Shown here in pieces: positions 13,681-28,134 of a DNA stretch of 64,000 bases (position 1 is its first letter; every line of letters starts with the position of its first letter). Origin of the DNA: Octopus vulgaris (Eukaryota). Under the pieces are notes generated by a model that saw only the letters and a program-made list of their open reading frames with translations, made no database searches and was not told the origin of the DNA. Location of the stretch: assembly GCA_951406725.2 (NCBI GenBank), contig OX597824.1, forward strand, positions 28,024,001-28,088,000, read 5' to 3'. The translations under genes were made by a program, and so were the position numbers.

Positions 13681-14501
13681 GATATAAAATGATTATATAT
13701 AGAAATTAAAACAAAAAATTCTAAAACAATCTTCTTCGCCACCCCCGCCCCCACCCCACCCCGAAAGGAAAATAAATGAATAAATAAATAAACAGCAACA
13801 GACAAAGATGAACCCAGTGAAAGAGTAAGAACAACAAAAACAAAGTTAGCAATATTGTTCACGTAAAAACGGCGGATGAGCTATGAAACCGACACACATA
13901 CACACACATAGACAGAAGCATTCTCTCTCTCTTTCTCATACACATATATACACTCGCACACATACTCTCCCACACACACACACACGCACGCACATGCACT
14001 CAATAACACAAAAACTCACACACGTCCTCATACATTCAAGCACACTGACAGTTACACGTACGCAAATACACACACTCTCACACACACACACACATACGCA
14101 TGCACAATACCACACACACATATACACACGCATACACACACACACACACACAAACACACACATTTGTATATATACATAAAAATATAAACACACGCACACG
14201 AGCGGGCACATCACAAACCACAGACATACATACATCCATATATGTACACACACACATATATATATATACATACATACATACATACATACATACATACATA
14301 CATTAATACACACATACACTCACACACGGCTTCACACATCACAAGACCACAGACATACATACATCCATATATGTACATATATATATATATGTATATACTT
14401 ATATATATATATATATATGTACATATATATATATGTGTGTATATATATATACACATATATACATATGTGTATATATACATATATATATGTATATATATAT
14501 A

Positions 14502-14539
<38 letters not shown>

Positions 14540-15583
14540 TATGTATATATATATGCATATATATGAAAAGCACACAGAAACAGCACACATGCGCAAAAAC
14601 ACATACAGAACATCACATACGCACACACACAACTAGAATATACAGGCTGCATTTCTTTAGTTTGTTATAATTATTGTTGATGTTGTTGTTGTTGTTGTTG
14701 TTATTGTTGTTTTTGCTGCTCTTGTATTTTGTTGTTGTTGTTGTTGTTTTATGAAAATTCTGCTTGAGAGCATTATTTGACTTGATGAAGTCAATGCAAA
14801 AACATCGCCAGAGAAACGTAAAGAAGCATCGGCAGAGACGCGCGATAAATCACAGGAATGTCTTTTATTTTCCCCCACAGGCAGTGGTTAGTCTCTTTAG
14901 AAGAAAGTTCCTGCTGTCTTGCATTCTACTACAACTGCTGCCGTTGCTGCTGCTGCTACCGCATCTGCTGCCGAAGCTGAACTCAATTGCTGCTGATGCT
15001 ATTGACGACGAGGATTCCTCAAGACGCTGCGAATGATCGTGCTGATGATGGCGTTGGTGATGATGATGATGATGATGATGATGGTAAGGAGTAGGATGAT
15101 GATGATGGTGGTGGTGGTGGTGGTGGTGGTGGTGGTGACGGGGATGGTATTTGTGGTCGTCTTCCGTAGTGTTTTAACTATTGCTGCACACATGCAATAG
15201 GGATTACAGTGAGAGCGTGTTGTCAACGTGTTAGAGGCATAGGGGTATGTGTGCATCTGTATATGTCTGTGTGTGTGTGTATGTGTGTGTACGTATGTAC
15301 ATATATGTGTTTGTGCTTGTATACATGTTTCAAGAGAGAGAGAGAGGGAGAGAGAGAGAGAGAGCACCCGTGAGGGTCTAATTTAGAGAGATAGAGAAAG
15401 AGACAGAGACAGAGAAACTAAGAGATTAAGTGAGAGGGTAAAAATGAGATAGAGAATCAAGAGAGACAACCAAAGAGAGAGAGAGAGAGAGAAAAGAGAC
15501 AGAATAAAAAGGGAAAAAAAAGAAGGGGAGGAGGAGGAAGGAGAAAGAGAGACAGATAGAGATAGATGCAGATAGAGAGAGAG

Positions 15584-15633
<50 letters not shown>

Positions 15634-16720
15634 TGCCAGCGAGGAAATGGTTGAGCATTGCTTTCATTATTCCTGAAAATGGTAGGGAGGTTTAATGGCA
15701 TTGGATGTGTGTTTGTGGGGCTGTATGGAAATGAAGAGGCTTATGGGAATGGTGACGCCGTTGACACAGCCATACTCACTCACGCACATTCATAATGACA
15801 TACACACGCACACACTCTTCTCAGACGCACATACATACTCAAGAAAACAGTCACATTTACACACTACACAAAGAATCGCAATAATAAACACATTCGATAT
15901 AAATGGCAAACACAGAACATAAATGGGTTAAAATAAAATGCATTACACCCTGCTGTAAAGGCCGCCTCTATAAAGAGACAGTGTTACAATAATTGCCTTA
16001 ATGGCTTCAACGTGCCAACAACAACAACAACAATACAAGCAATGATCCAGCTCAATGCTATTTTATTCTTCTTTATTTTCTTTCTGCGCATCATCACTTC
16101 ATTTAATTTCTTTTCCCCTCCTCTTCTTTACTCGGATTTTCTTCTTTTTTTTTATAGTTCTTTCTAATTTTTGGCTGGCAACCAGCACTTACGAGAGGAA
16201 GACAGTTGCGAATCGATTAAATTGGCCGACTAGGTCTTAACTGGTACTTTATTCTGTCGACCCCGAAATGATTAAAAACCAAACTGACCTCGGTGGGATT
16301 TGAACTAGCGAAAATAACATTTAAAAAAAATTTTCTTTTTATTTTTATAAAACCAGCTATTTTTAAAGCGCGTGTAAATTGATTATATCGATCCCGAAAT
16401 TCGAAATTACGAAAGGCAAAGTCTACCTGGGTGGCTTTTGGAGTCAGAACATAAAACCAAACGAAATGAGGCCAAGCACATTGGCAGGTGGGTTAACTCA
16501 TCAGCTCATCACCTTGAGCCCCTTTGTAAGAAAATATGTTGGACTGCAGTATTTCAGAACATCTCGGTATGTCCTGAGTTGAAATTCTTTCAGTTCATAT
16601 TTTCTATGTAGATAAATCTGTTGGTTAGAAGAATTTTTGTTATGCTTTAGTCAATCCACCCACATGTTCTTCAAATACAGATATTTACAATATTTTGCCT
16701 TCTCTTTCACTCGTTAAGTG

Positions 16721-16943
16721 TACTAGGGGGGGGGGAAGTTCCTGGATTAACTTATCCTCCTGAAAATACAGGAGGATTAGATGATTATGATATTATTCAA
16801 CATATTCCCCGCTCAGATTCAGAAAACTTATTACGGCGGTCCTTCAGTTTTTCTAAACCTTGTAAAAGAACTCGGAAGTCTGGGCCTTCAACCAGGCCTT
16901 TCGAATAATATTAAAGCCAGGAACTTTTCAGAAACACCTCATA
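16721..16943. mobile_element. Mariner-type MITE
   Basis: TA-flanked imperfect TIRs TACTAGGGG..AAGTTCCTGG / CCAGGAACTTTTCAGAAACACCTCATA; about 220 bp, non-coding. Confidence 0.65.
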
Positions 16944-18127
16944 AAAAGCACGCAAAGTTTCGCGATTTCAGAATGTGATACCTCGGTAATCAATGCCGTT
17001 AGAAAACTAGTTTTGGTCTTAAAATGACTATGAAGACATCCTCTAATCATTACATGTATGTAAAATTATCTATATATGTATGCATCTGAAAGATGAAACA
17101 ATAACTGTGTCTTTCTTATTTTGTATTGCATTACATATTTTAGCCATAATACCTAGAAAAACGTAGAGACGCCTACCCCCAAAGATATTGTTTGTGTTTT
17201 AATACACCAATGTAAGTATATCTAAGAGATAAGTAAGACAAGATAGTAAGATAATAGCCCATCGTAGTTACGATGGTAACCAGGAATGTTAGAAAATGAA
17301 CCATAACACCTGGTGAAACGATACAGGGACCACACCAAAGTTATTGATTGAGCATGTGTGCTTATGATGGTGTGCTACTAAACTCTCTGGTCCGAGTTTG
17401 GGTGAGTGATCGTTCTGTCAATAGCGTCGAGGTACAATTTATTTTCAGCCAGATTTTTTGGCTTTATTGCGGGCATCACCGGTTTTTCCTCCCAACTTTT
17501 TTCGGATATAACAACCTCGGAAATGGCCAGGCTGATGCCCAGGACACTCTGTTACTAACACGCCTAAATTATAAATAATTATTTCTATAAGTTTTCATGT
17601 AGTAAATAAGGGCTGCCTGTATTTCTCAGGAAATATTAACGTACAATATTTTCTTAGAAAAATAATATAAACTAACTGGAATTGAATATGTAAATAGAAA
17701 CATCACATAAACCTTTTAAAGTGAATTTCAGGAAGAGGCACATATTACCTCTACATGTTACTGTTCGGAATGAAGACATGGCCAGCAGTGATTATCCCTC
17801 TCCAGACCATTACGATTGTGTTGTGTTGGAATTTGTAATTAATGAGAAGAAGCAAGTGAAGTGTAAGACTTTCAACTGGGAATGGAAATAATATGGCAAA
17901 AGTCAGCTTGCCCGGAGCTTATTATCAATCTCTGTCTGTTGCCTTACTTTAATTTATAGAAACCATTCGTAATTCGTATAATATGCATGTGCGCATGCAA
18001 ACGTGCACATGTGTACATACATACGTACACACACATACACACACACATATATATATATATATGTGTGTGTGTGTGTATGTGTGTGTGCGTGTGTGTGTAT
18101 ATGTATCTATCTATCTGTATATATATG

Positions 18128-18178
<51 letters not shown>

Positions 18179-18430
18179 ATTAGAGATAAAACCACTATTA
18201 GGCAAATCAAACAGTGAAAAACATAAGCCAATACATAAAATTAATTTTAAAATATAAAAGTTAAAAAAAAAAATTATTTAAATAATTTAAACTTATAAAT
18301 TTTAAATATATATATACAAATATATATATATAACGCATATGATAATTATAGAGGTGTTGGTAATATCGGAGCTGTTGACGTTAGTTTAAATAAATTACCG
18401 CACATAAGTGATGGTAGTAATATTAATAAT

Positions 18431-19471
18431 ATGCATATGAAAACTAATGGTAGTTATGATAATAGTAAAGTTTATTTACGCAATAATTATGGTAATATTG
18501 ATAATGGTAGGCATAACAATGACAATGTTAAGGATAGTAAACATATAGGATGGAGGAGGAACAAGGTTATTACAAAAAATAACAATTGGATAGTCAACCC
18601 TAATACTGATAAGGATACACTATGGCTGATAATCCCATATGCATTGCAGATAAAAACAGATATAGTTAGAGCTTTGCACAATGTAATATTTAGGCACTTT
18701 GTTAAGGGTAGGAATAAATTTGGTCAATTAATTAACAATGGAACTGTTAGAATAGGATATAGCATTACACATAATTTAGCCACTATCATTTCCTCATTTA
18801 ATAACAGGAAACTGGATTGCTCCTATAATGATAGAAAGTTGAATTTAGATAATAGTAATTTGCCTCTCTATAATCGTAGGGACAATATATCTTTTGGAGC
18901 TAACGCGAACAACCCTCTTGCAAATTATGATGGTACCGTACCTGTAAGGAAAAATATTAATGTATTAGATGATACCAATACCACCAATACTATTACTATT
19001 GATAGGAATATCGCCAATAATAATAAATGCAATCACTCGTTGAATTTGGCCAATGTTAGATTACCCCAACCTGTTGATAACTGTAATTGCAGAAACAGAA
19101 ATCAATGTGTGTTTGGTAATCAATTCCTCAAGAAGGAGGTAGTTTATCAATGCACTGTGGATACACAATTTAGCAGTAGGGTATACATCGGAGCAACTAT
19201 GAATAGCATGAAACAGAGACTTAATTATCATAGATATACTTTTAGAAATAAAAATAGGATGTACTCTACGGGGTTAAGTGCGTATATTTGGGAACTCAAA
19301 AGTAAGAACATAGATTTTAAATTAAATTGGAAAATACTAACTTCTGCACCTGTATATAATAGTAAAAATAAAAAATGCTCTCTATGTATTATTGAAATTT
19401 TTTTCATTATCAAAGCTGGTATGCCTATTATTAATAATATTAATGAGCGGAATTTTTTTTTGCATTCATAA
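18431..19471 (+). pseudogene. PLE ORF remnant: post-RT linker plus GIY-YIG endonuclease (no RT domain)
   Basis: Motifs VRIGYSITHNL..II..FN, CNCRNRNQC, VVYQC..VYIGAT..KQR..H..F, TGLSAYIWELK, WKIL, CSLC..E, INNINE. The frame is open upstream to about 18330, so the Met is probably not a true start. Probable frameshift near the C-terminus. Confidence 0.88.
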
Positions 19472-19914
19472 ACTAGCGTACACTTTCTCTAGATTTAAAT
19501 AGAACTTAGCTTTTCTAGTAATATTTTAACTTTCCTCTATATCTGATTGTAATAGTAGTCTTTACAATTTGAAACATGCAACTTATAAATTTATAATCTT
19601 GTAGCTACACATATATATAAATATATATGTTCTGTATTGATTGTTTTTTGTTTTTTGTCCTGGCTTATAAGAGAAATACACTGGGACATGAATATATATA
19701 TTTTGGTATATACACAGAAATACGATATTCATGGGGATTTCCAAAATTGTTGAGTGTGTACGAGTATCATAGTTCGGGAACCTAGTTTTAGATACTGTAA
19801 TACTAATATGTAATAAATGGGAGTCTATATTGAATGGACATTGTTTGTTTTGGATGAGTATATGGGTTTTTGCAGGTATTTATTTGGCAGTCTTATATAT
19901 TGTATATTTAGTGT

Positions 19915-20340
19915 ATCTTTATACTCATCTTAATTTGTATCTTATGTTATTTATTAATAAATCTATTCATTTACTTATATTTGGCTTTATACATATTAGC
20001 ATTCTTATATATTTAGTCTATATTTGTACTCATCTTGATTTTTACTTTATGTTATTTATCTATTTATTTATTAATTTATCTATATGTAAATATTTACATA
20101 ATAGTAGCCTGTATACTAAGTTTATCTATGTACTCATTTCAATGTATATTTTTATTTTATTTTATGTTATTTATCTATTTATCTATTCATTTATGTATGT
20201 GTGGATATATACATATTAGCAGTATTATATATTAGGTTTACCTTTGTATTCATCTTAATTTGTATTCTATGGTATTTATCTATTTATTTATTCATTTATT
20301 TATTTATATGTAGATATATACATACATATCCATTATTTAT
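19915..20340. repeat. Degenerate ~110-bp tandem repeat (about 4 units) in the PLE 3' region
   Basis: TACTCATCTTAATTTGTAT..TATGTTATTTAT-like motif recurs at about 19922, 20027, 20131 and 20247. Confidence 0.6.
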
Positions 20341-20604
20341 TATAATATATATATATGTATACAAGCTTTTACTTATATTTTCATTTTAATTTTAATTATT
20401 TCATCTTATTTTATTTTATTACATCTTAATTTTAAGTAATTACAATTATTAACTCATAATTAATTTAATTTATTGTTATTTACTTATATACTATTTATTG
20501 GTAAGTCCTGTTAATAACTTTATAGGTATTTATATGTCCACTGATACTATTTAATGCTAAATCCTGTTAATTATTATATATGTATTTATGTGTCCACTGA
20601 TACT

Positions 20605-20668
<64 letters not shown>

Positions 20669-21914
20669 TACTACGAATGTTTACACGCACATCATATGTG
20701 AAAATGTATGGTGTGTATGTATATGTTTCTTGTTACACATGAGTATACATATGGACATGTAGATGTGAGTGTAATTCTATTAGTTCGTTGGTGAGGGTTT
20801 AAATAGGAAAATATTAGTATTGTAATAATACTAGGCTTCTTACGTAGGGAGGTTATCTGTATAAGCTATAAGGAGTTATTTTGGTTATATATCTTGGAAT
20901 ATTAGCGTATTTTGACTTTTTACAATTAATTTCTTATAATTTAATTATTATAAACCTCTGTTAACTTAGTATATATATATTTTTATGTCTTTTGATAAAC
21001 AAAAATAAACGGGTATTCTATACTTTATAATTTAGCGAATGTTTGAATAAAACATAGCGGTAAAGTTGCGGACATTTTTAGTTCTAAAATATTATGTTTA
21101 CGAAATACGGTGTCACATGAATTATGTACCTTATGACAAATTACACTCTCTATCTGGATATAATTATATGTATGTTTGCATTTACGGATTTTTGGACATA
21201 TGTAAGAGGATCTGTTTGTAAATACTTAGTTAATACCACGGCCATGGTGCCGTCTGGGGCGTGTGGATGTCTGCATGCATGTATGTGCAATCGGTTGAGT
21301 TCCTCTGTTTTGCATGTGTATAGTTGCGATAGTACCTCTTATATTATTTATTTATTTATGATTTGGTTGTGTATGTGGGTATGTCTGTGTGTATGTGTGT
21401 GGGTGTGTGTGTGTATACATATAACTATGTATGTATGTGCGCACGATTTGTGGATGTGCGTGCGCGTGTGTATGTTTCCTAGCTAACTAACCGTAAAATT
21501 TCCATTGAAATTCAAATTTAAAACTATAGGCCAATCGAATCCATCTATGAAAATCAATACCATGCGGGCAGAGGAATTCGACTCATTGCATATATATGTG
21601 GATGTCCGCTGGCATTGGATGGTACAGTCGTGGTGTTATTAATTTTATTGACTTTTTGTGTAATGACACATTTTAATATATTGGACTGTTCAATATATAT
21701 GCCTGCTTTGAGTGTGAGTGTACATTTTGTGGTTCCTTGATGTTGGTTATGGAACTGTGGAGTTCAATATGGAACATTATTGTGTTTGTTGATGTATATT
21801 GATCTATATTGTTTATAATGTATTATTGTGTATATATATATATGTAAGAATATGAGTGTGTATGCACACATATTTATATTTATATGTAAATATTTTTCAT
21901 ACTGGCATTAAATT

Positions 21915-22023
21915 CTCTGAAGAGGCCGTGAGATATTCTTGTTAAAGTCTTATTTATACCTGCTTTATATGGCTAATAGGTTAAATGGGACATACCTGTC
22001 TTCACGGCCGAAACAGCTGTCAG
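21915..22023 (+). ncRNA. Hammerhead ribozyme motif in PLE pseudo-LTR
   Basis: CU-CUGAAGA-GGCCGUGA-(~70 nt loop)-UCACGGCC-GAAAC-AGCU-GUC-AG. Perfect 8-bp stem II, palindromic helix III, GUC site; stem I only 2 bp. Confidence 0.75.
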
Positions 22024-22182
22024 CTACAATGTAAATGTATTTCTAATTCTATTTCTATGTCTTGTTATATTTGTAATATATTAATGTATAATATCATTGC
22101 TATTGTGTAATGGTTTAATAAAGTATTGATTGGGTATTATCAGATGGTTGATGATTGATTTAGATATATTTCTCCATTTTCT

Positions 22183-22224
<42 letters not shown>

Positions 22225-22344
22225 ATTTTTTATATTTATATATTATTTTATTTATTAATTAATTTATCTATTTATTTATTTATTTATTATTTTTTTAATA
22301 TAAGTATCAAAAGTATCAAAAGTTTAATAACAGATAGAGTAAAA

Positions 22345-22436
22345 CACTACGATCGTTTCATGGCCGTACCAATTCGAATAACAATAATTTAAATTCACTT
22401 AATAATTCGAGTTATGGTTACAGTCAATCTGCAGGT
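22345..22436 (-). ncRNA. Degenerate hammerhead motif (another PLE pLTR family)
   Basis: Minus strand: AC-CUGCAGA-UUGACUGUA...UACGGCCAU-GAAAC-GAUC-GUA-GU. One core substitution and stem II mismatches. Confidence 0.5.
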
Positions 22437-22717
22437 TAATTGAAATATTTTAAAAATAATCAGAAATATTTAAACAATATTTTTAAGATATAAATAATAT
22501 AATAATTTTACTTATAATAAACACTATTATCAAACTAGAAACTTAAAACTTTACAATTATGATTATATCAAAATCGATTATAATGTTAAATATAAATTTT
22601 AATTTTTAAGGTAAGAAACCCACCAATAATCTAATATCGGTAATAGCCTATATCTAATTACATAAATATGTAAAAAAAAAATATATATATATATACATAT
22701 ATATGTATATATGTATG

Positions 22718-22769
<52 letters not shown>

Positions 22770-22899
22770 TGAACAAAGACAGAGAAAGAAAGTGAGAGAG
22801 AGAGAGATGTGTGTGCGCTAATTCATACATGAAATTTGATATGCTTGAAGCAGGTATTTAAGTTAGTACGAGGGGAATAAGTAAAATAACGAAGGATTA

Positions 22900-23935
22900 G
22901 TCAAGAAAGGGAAAACTCCCAGCAATATTTTCAATATTTTGAAATTCACCATCAGCAGATCAGGAGCCTGTAAAGTAATCAAATGAATAAAAGAGACCGG
23001 TTCCTGCTTACCAAGAGTGAGAACTACTCAACTTCGACCAGTGAGAACTCAAAAACTGATCAAAAACACCAAATGAAAGATCAGGCGTAACTCCAAACGA
23101 AGCATCCGAAAAGTTCTTTCAGAAGCTGGTACAAGCTATGGAATTATGCATAATTTGTAGAAAAATCATCTTCAATTATTCCCACACAAGATATCAAAAT
23201 CACATCTTCCGTCTGAAGCCACAAAGACAAAAATACTGCAACGAGCAGTGCTCCTGCAAAAGCTGAGTGATGGCACGCAGCCACCAATACTGTAAACTTA
23301 TGAAGTCATTCAGTGTGCAAGTGTGCCACAATGCACAAAATGATCGTAGATATGCTGTAAATAAAGAGATCATTCCTATCGAACAAAGATTATCCTTTCG
23401 GTGATAGAAACCTTCAATAATAATCTTTATTGAAAAGAGTGTAAATATCAACCATGTTTAATTGGACATAATCCCCTGGATTATTGTAACAACGTGGGAC
23501 GATGGTATAGCTCTGCAGCATGATCGTGCAACATTTCATAGGGCTAAAAAAAGGTTCATGAATGCTATCGAGAGTATTTCAAAGCGTTCTGGTCAAAAGA
23601 GTTGTGAACACCCTCTTTACCCGACCTTAAACCGATGGACTTTAGCATATCGTCTCTCCTTGAGAGCAAAATCTGTCCTAATACTCACACGAGTCTCATA
23701 GCTCTTGAACACCTTTTGCGAAAATACTAGGACGAAATCTCCGAAGAAACTCTTCGGGCCACTTACTCCCAATTTGTTCCCAGACTCCGACAGGGACTCT
23801 ATGCCAAGAGTGTATGTATGGAAAATTAATCTATATTTTCTGGGCTTTATTTAAGCATATTTAAATTCGATATATCGTTTTGTATCGAGATATTATTTGA
23901 ATAACCTGTGTCTGCATTTCGTCTGATCACTCTAT
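22900..23935 (+). pseudogene. Decayed Tc1/mariner transposase, maT/DD37D-like
   Basis: Manual translation gives KETGS..RPVRT.KLI..KIRRNSKRSIRK (HTH region), HNAQNDRRY, LQHDRATFHRA (cf. QQDGAPAH) and PSLPDLKPMDFSI (cf. PSSPDLNPMDFSIW), with stops and frameshifts. Confidence 0.8.
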
Positions 23936-23994
23936 TTATAAATTACATTGCGAGTCATGTCACTTATATTTTGCTATTATTAAATATTTATTAC

Positions 23995-24410
23995 AAGATG
24001 TCGAACTGGCAGGATCATTACGACGCCGGACGAAATGCTTAGCGGTATTTCGTTCCTCTTTACGTTCAGCTCAAAATCAGGGATCGGGAACGATGAAATA
24101 AGTACCAGTTGAGTATTGGGATCTATGCAAGGAACAAGCTCTCATCCCCAGTATTTCAGAACTTGTGCTTGTATTAGAAAGGAATATACAACATTATTAA
24201 ATAGGAAGTCGGAAGAATCGTTATTTCACTTGAAAAGCTCTTTATTAGTGACTTTTCTTCCTACGCTTTTAGTTCTGAGTTCAAATATCCGTGAATCAGC
24301 GTCGCATTCTATACATGTGGAATTGATAATATAAGTAGCTTTCGATCATTAGTGTTATCGTAATCAACTTCCACTTGATCAAAATTGTTAGTCTTGGACC
24401 AAAAATTTAA
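23995..24410 (+). mobile_element. Two degenerate SINE A copies
   Basis: CTGGCAGGATCATTA..CCGGACGAAATGCTTAGCGGTATTTCG; AATAAGTACCAGTTGAG; TTCTGAGTTCAAAT. Confidence 0.65.
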
Positions 24411-24596
24411 AGGCCTAAACATTTATTTTGTATTTCTAAGCCTCACATAGTTTGCAATGACAATCTACAAAAACAGCCCAGAATTACAGGCAACGAATGC
24501 TTTGTCTATGGACCTATTCTTGATATACTCAATAATTCATGTCTTTGCGTAGGGCAGACTTACAATTAAGTGACACGTCCTGCTACCATTTATATA

Positions 24597-24982
24597 TCTT
24601 TATATATAAAAGAGAGGTTGTGTGTCTGTCTCCTACGATTTAGATTCCTAACTACTCCCACATTTTGCGGTGCAGTTTAACCAAAACCGGGTATCTTATA
24701 GTCGTGATTCATATCGAGCCCTTCTGGGTATTAGCACGCGTCTACGATGAGTCTACGATTTTAAAAAAATTACCATAATTTTTTTCCATTTTAATGCATT
24801 TTTTTCGCTATTATATAAGGGAAGTAACTCTCTAAAAATGTCTACGATGAGTCAACGATTTAAAATAAAATTTACCATAATTTTTTTTCCATTTTTTTGC
24901 TACTTTTTGGCTATAACTCTCTAAAAATGCTTATATAGTTATTTCCCTTACAAACCCGAGCAACGCCGGGCGATACTGCTAG
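24597..24982 (+). mobile_element. Non-autonomous Helitron
   Basis: A|TCTTTATATATAAAAG start; hairpin CCCG-AGCAACGC-CGGG at 24955-24970 followed by CTAG|T; internal duplication of GTCTACGATGAGTC..TTACCATAATTTTT. Confidence 0.85.
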
Positions 24983-25708
24983 TTGATAATACAAGACAAC
25001 AAAACAACACAAGTATAAGATATTTTTTTTTTTCATTTTGGTGTGTGAAGATTGCTAATGCATAACTGAAGGTATTAATGAATTTAAATTTTGAAAAACC
25101 AAACTTCTTTTTCACAAATTATTTGGCAGAATCATCGTTCCTCACTCATTTGCCTTTTTCATCATTATGTTTCTTTTAAATTATCTATTAATTTCCCACT
25201 ATGTATCGTGTTCTTTAAAGTACGTCTTTATATCAATTTTGTTCTGTCTGGTTTCCTCTCAACGACGTTCCGATTGAGCAGTTCAAAATTCGCATATCAG
25301 ACATTATTTAAGCGTCATTCCCTTCCTCTGTCTCTTTCTTTCTTTCTTTCCTACTTTCCTTGTTTCTTTCTGTCGTTCTTTCTATCTCTCACTCCCTCTC
25401 TCTCCCTTGCTTTTTCTCCTTCTCCTCTCTCTCTCTCTTCTCTTTATTGTTTTTTTCTTAAACCAATTCTCACAGCTATTTCCTATATGACTCGAGGTCC
25501 TCTCACACAATCACTATTTAATTATCTGTCGCATACTACGAAGTTATTATTGTTATTTTCGTTGCTTATATCTTTTTGTTTCATATCACGGCCGTTGTTC
25601 ATGTTATTAATGTGGTTATTTCTCACTCTAAACAAATGTGTCTATGCAAACAAACACTAACGCACAAAACACACACACACAGAGAAACACACGGACAGCC
25701 ACACAAAC

Positions 25709-25743
<35 letters not shown>

Positions 25744-25819
25744 CGTGTGTGTATATGTGTGCTTATATGCATAAATGTAATTTATATTATATAAGGAACA
25801 GTCATGTATATATATATGC

Positions 25820-25872
<53 letters not shown>

Positions 25873-26106
25873 CTTACGCACATGCATAAATATATAGTTA
25901 TACTCGCACAAACACACAAATATACATATATATATATGTATATGTATATATATATATATGTACGTATATATATACATATATATATATATATACATATATG
26001 TATGTACGTAAACATATACATACATATTATATATATGCATATATGTATGTACGTATATATATACATACATACATACATATATATATGTATATACACATAA
26101 ATATAT

Positions 26107-26183
<77 letters not shown>

Positions 26184-26410
26184 GGTAAAAAGTTAATTAA
26201 TCTCAGGTTTATAGCATGTCATAAATCTTTATCACACTGTGAATTTTGAACTGCTATTTAGGATTATTGTTATTAACTTGTGTAGATGACAGAGACTGCA
26301 GGCTAAAACTGTTTGGAGTAATGGAAGCTATAAATATTTCATGACGAGACCATTTAAAAGCATCATCATTATCATCATCACCCTCGCCGCCACCACATCA
26401 TCATCACCGC

Positions 26411-26463
<53 letters not shown>

Positions 26464-27117
26464 CCGTGAGGATCATCGTCCTGATCATTGCCGACGTCAT
26501 CATCATCAGGGACATCATCATCATAATTATTATTATCATTATTATTATTATTATTATTATTATCATTATTGCCATCATCATCATCATCACCATCATCATT
26601 ACACTTATTATTTATTATTATTATTACACTTATTATTTATTATAAGTAGTTGTAGTAGGGATACTAGTAGTAGTGTTAGTGGCAGAGTTGACGGCGGTGG
26701 CGGCGGTGGTGGTGGTGGTGCTGGGGTGATAATAGAAGTAGAATCATAACAGTTATCAACTTTTATATCGAAAGCATAAGTTTTTAATTATGTTTAAACA
26801 GATACAGAAAGTATTAATATTTACATACACCCTCATTTCCACACAAGCGGACACACGGACTCTGGCAGACTGTTTGTCAGACCTGCAAACACAAACACAC
26901 AAACACACACACATACACGCACACACACACACGCACACACACACATACATATATATATATATGTATATAGATATACATACATACAAACATACACACAGTC
27001 AAATATTAATATGCGCTTAACTATTACGGAGAGTTAGACAATTGCTGAACCGCGTATTTAGAAATATATGCCACGTTATCTCTCAAATTAATTCATCTTT
27101 TGAGTGAGAATATGCAT

Positions 27118-27159
<42 letters not shown>

Positions 27160-27274
27160 GTATGGCCGTGCCTGAGCGTATGTATATATGGAGAGCGGAA
27201 AACAGAGATCAGCAAACTTCAGCTATATATAGACATATGTCTACACACACACACACACACAAACACATATATGC

Positions 27275-27305
<31 letters not shown>

Positions 27306-27321
27306 GATATATATATATATA

Positions 27322-27363
<42 letters not shown>

Positions 27364-27986
27364 TGTATACGTTACGTGTAGGAATACGTGTTCGTATGTT
27401 CGTGGACGCAAAGATCAGCAAATATCAGGTATATGTAAACATATGTCTACACACATGCGCACATATATGTGTATGTATGTATATATATATATGCGGGTGT
27501 ATGTGTGTATACATACATATATATAATATATAACATATATATATATATATGGATACATTTCGTGTAGGAATACGGATTCCTGTGTGTATATACGCATACA
27601 CAAATACGTGCTATACACAAACGTATGAGAGTACGAAATTTTTAGCTGTATCTCCAAAATGTCTGCGTTGTGTAAGAAAAGAATTAGGCCTATTCTATCA
27701 TTTTAAAAATATAATATCTACTTCAGCAGCATCGTAAGCCGACATATTCATATATATTATACACACACACACTCACACATACATAAACACTCGCACACAC
27801 ACACGCACAAACACTCTCACACATACATATATGCATATATATATATGTGAATGTGTGTGTGTGTGTGTTTGTGTGTGTGTTTGTGTGTGTGTAAAGAGAG
27901 CGAGAAAGAGAAATAAATAGATACATAGAGATATGCAAGTTTGCTTAAGGATGCCCATATATATATACATATACAGACATTCATTA

Positions 27987-28026
<40 letters not shown>

Positions 28027-28076
28027 ATATACTTAGATAAAAATACTAATATTCATGCTCCCCACCACATTTATTA

Positions 28077-28134
<58 letters not shown>

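Larger units (their letters stand above)
18330..22190 (+). mobile_element. 5'-truncated Penelope-like retroelement (C-terminal GIY-YIG endonuclease type, possibly Hydra clade)
   Basis: GIY-YIG ORF, long AT-rich 3' region, hammerhead motif at 21915-22023, AATAAA at 22117-22122. Both ends abut (TA)n. Continuity between the ORF and the HHR is inferred. Confidence 0.75.

Noticed and set aside
17340-17560. Possible Tc1 HTH fragment on the minus strand (KTGD..KSG)
   Set aside because: Too short and degenerate; no catalytic motifs or TIRs seen.
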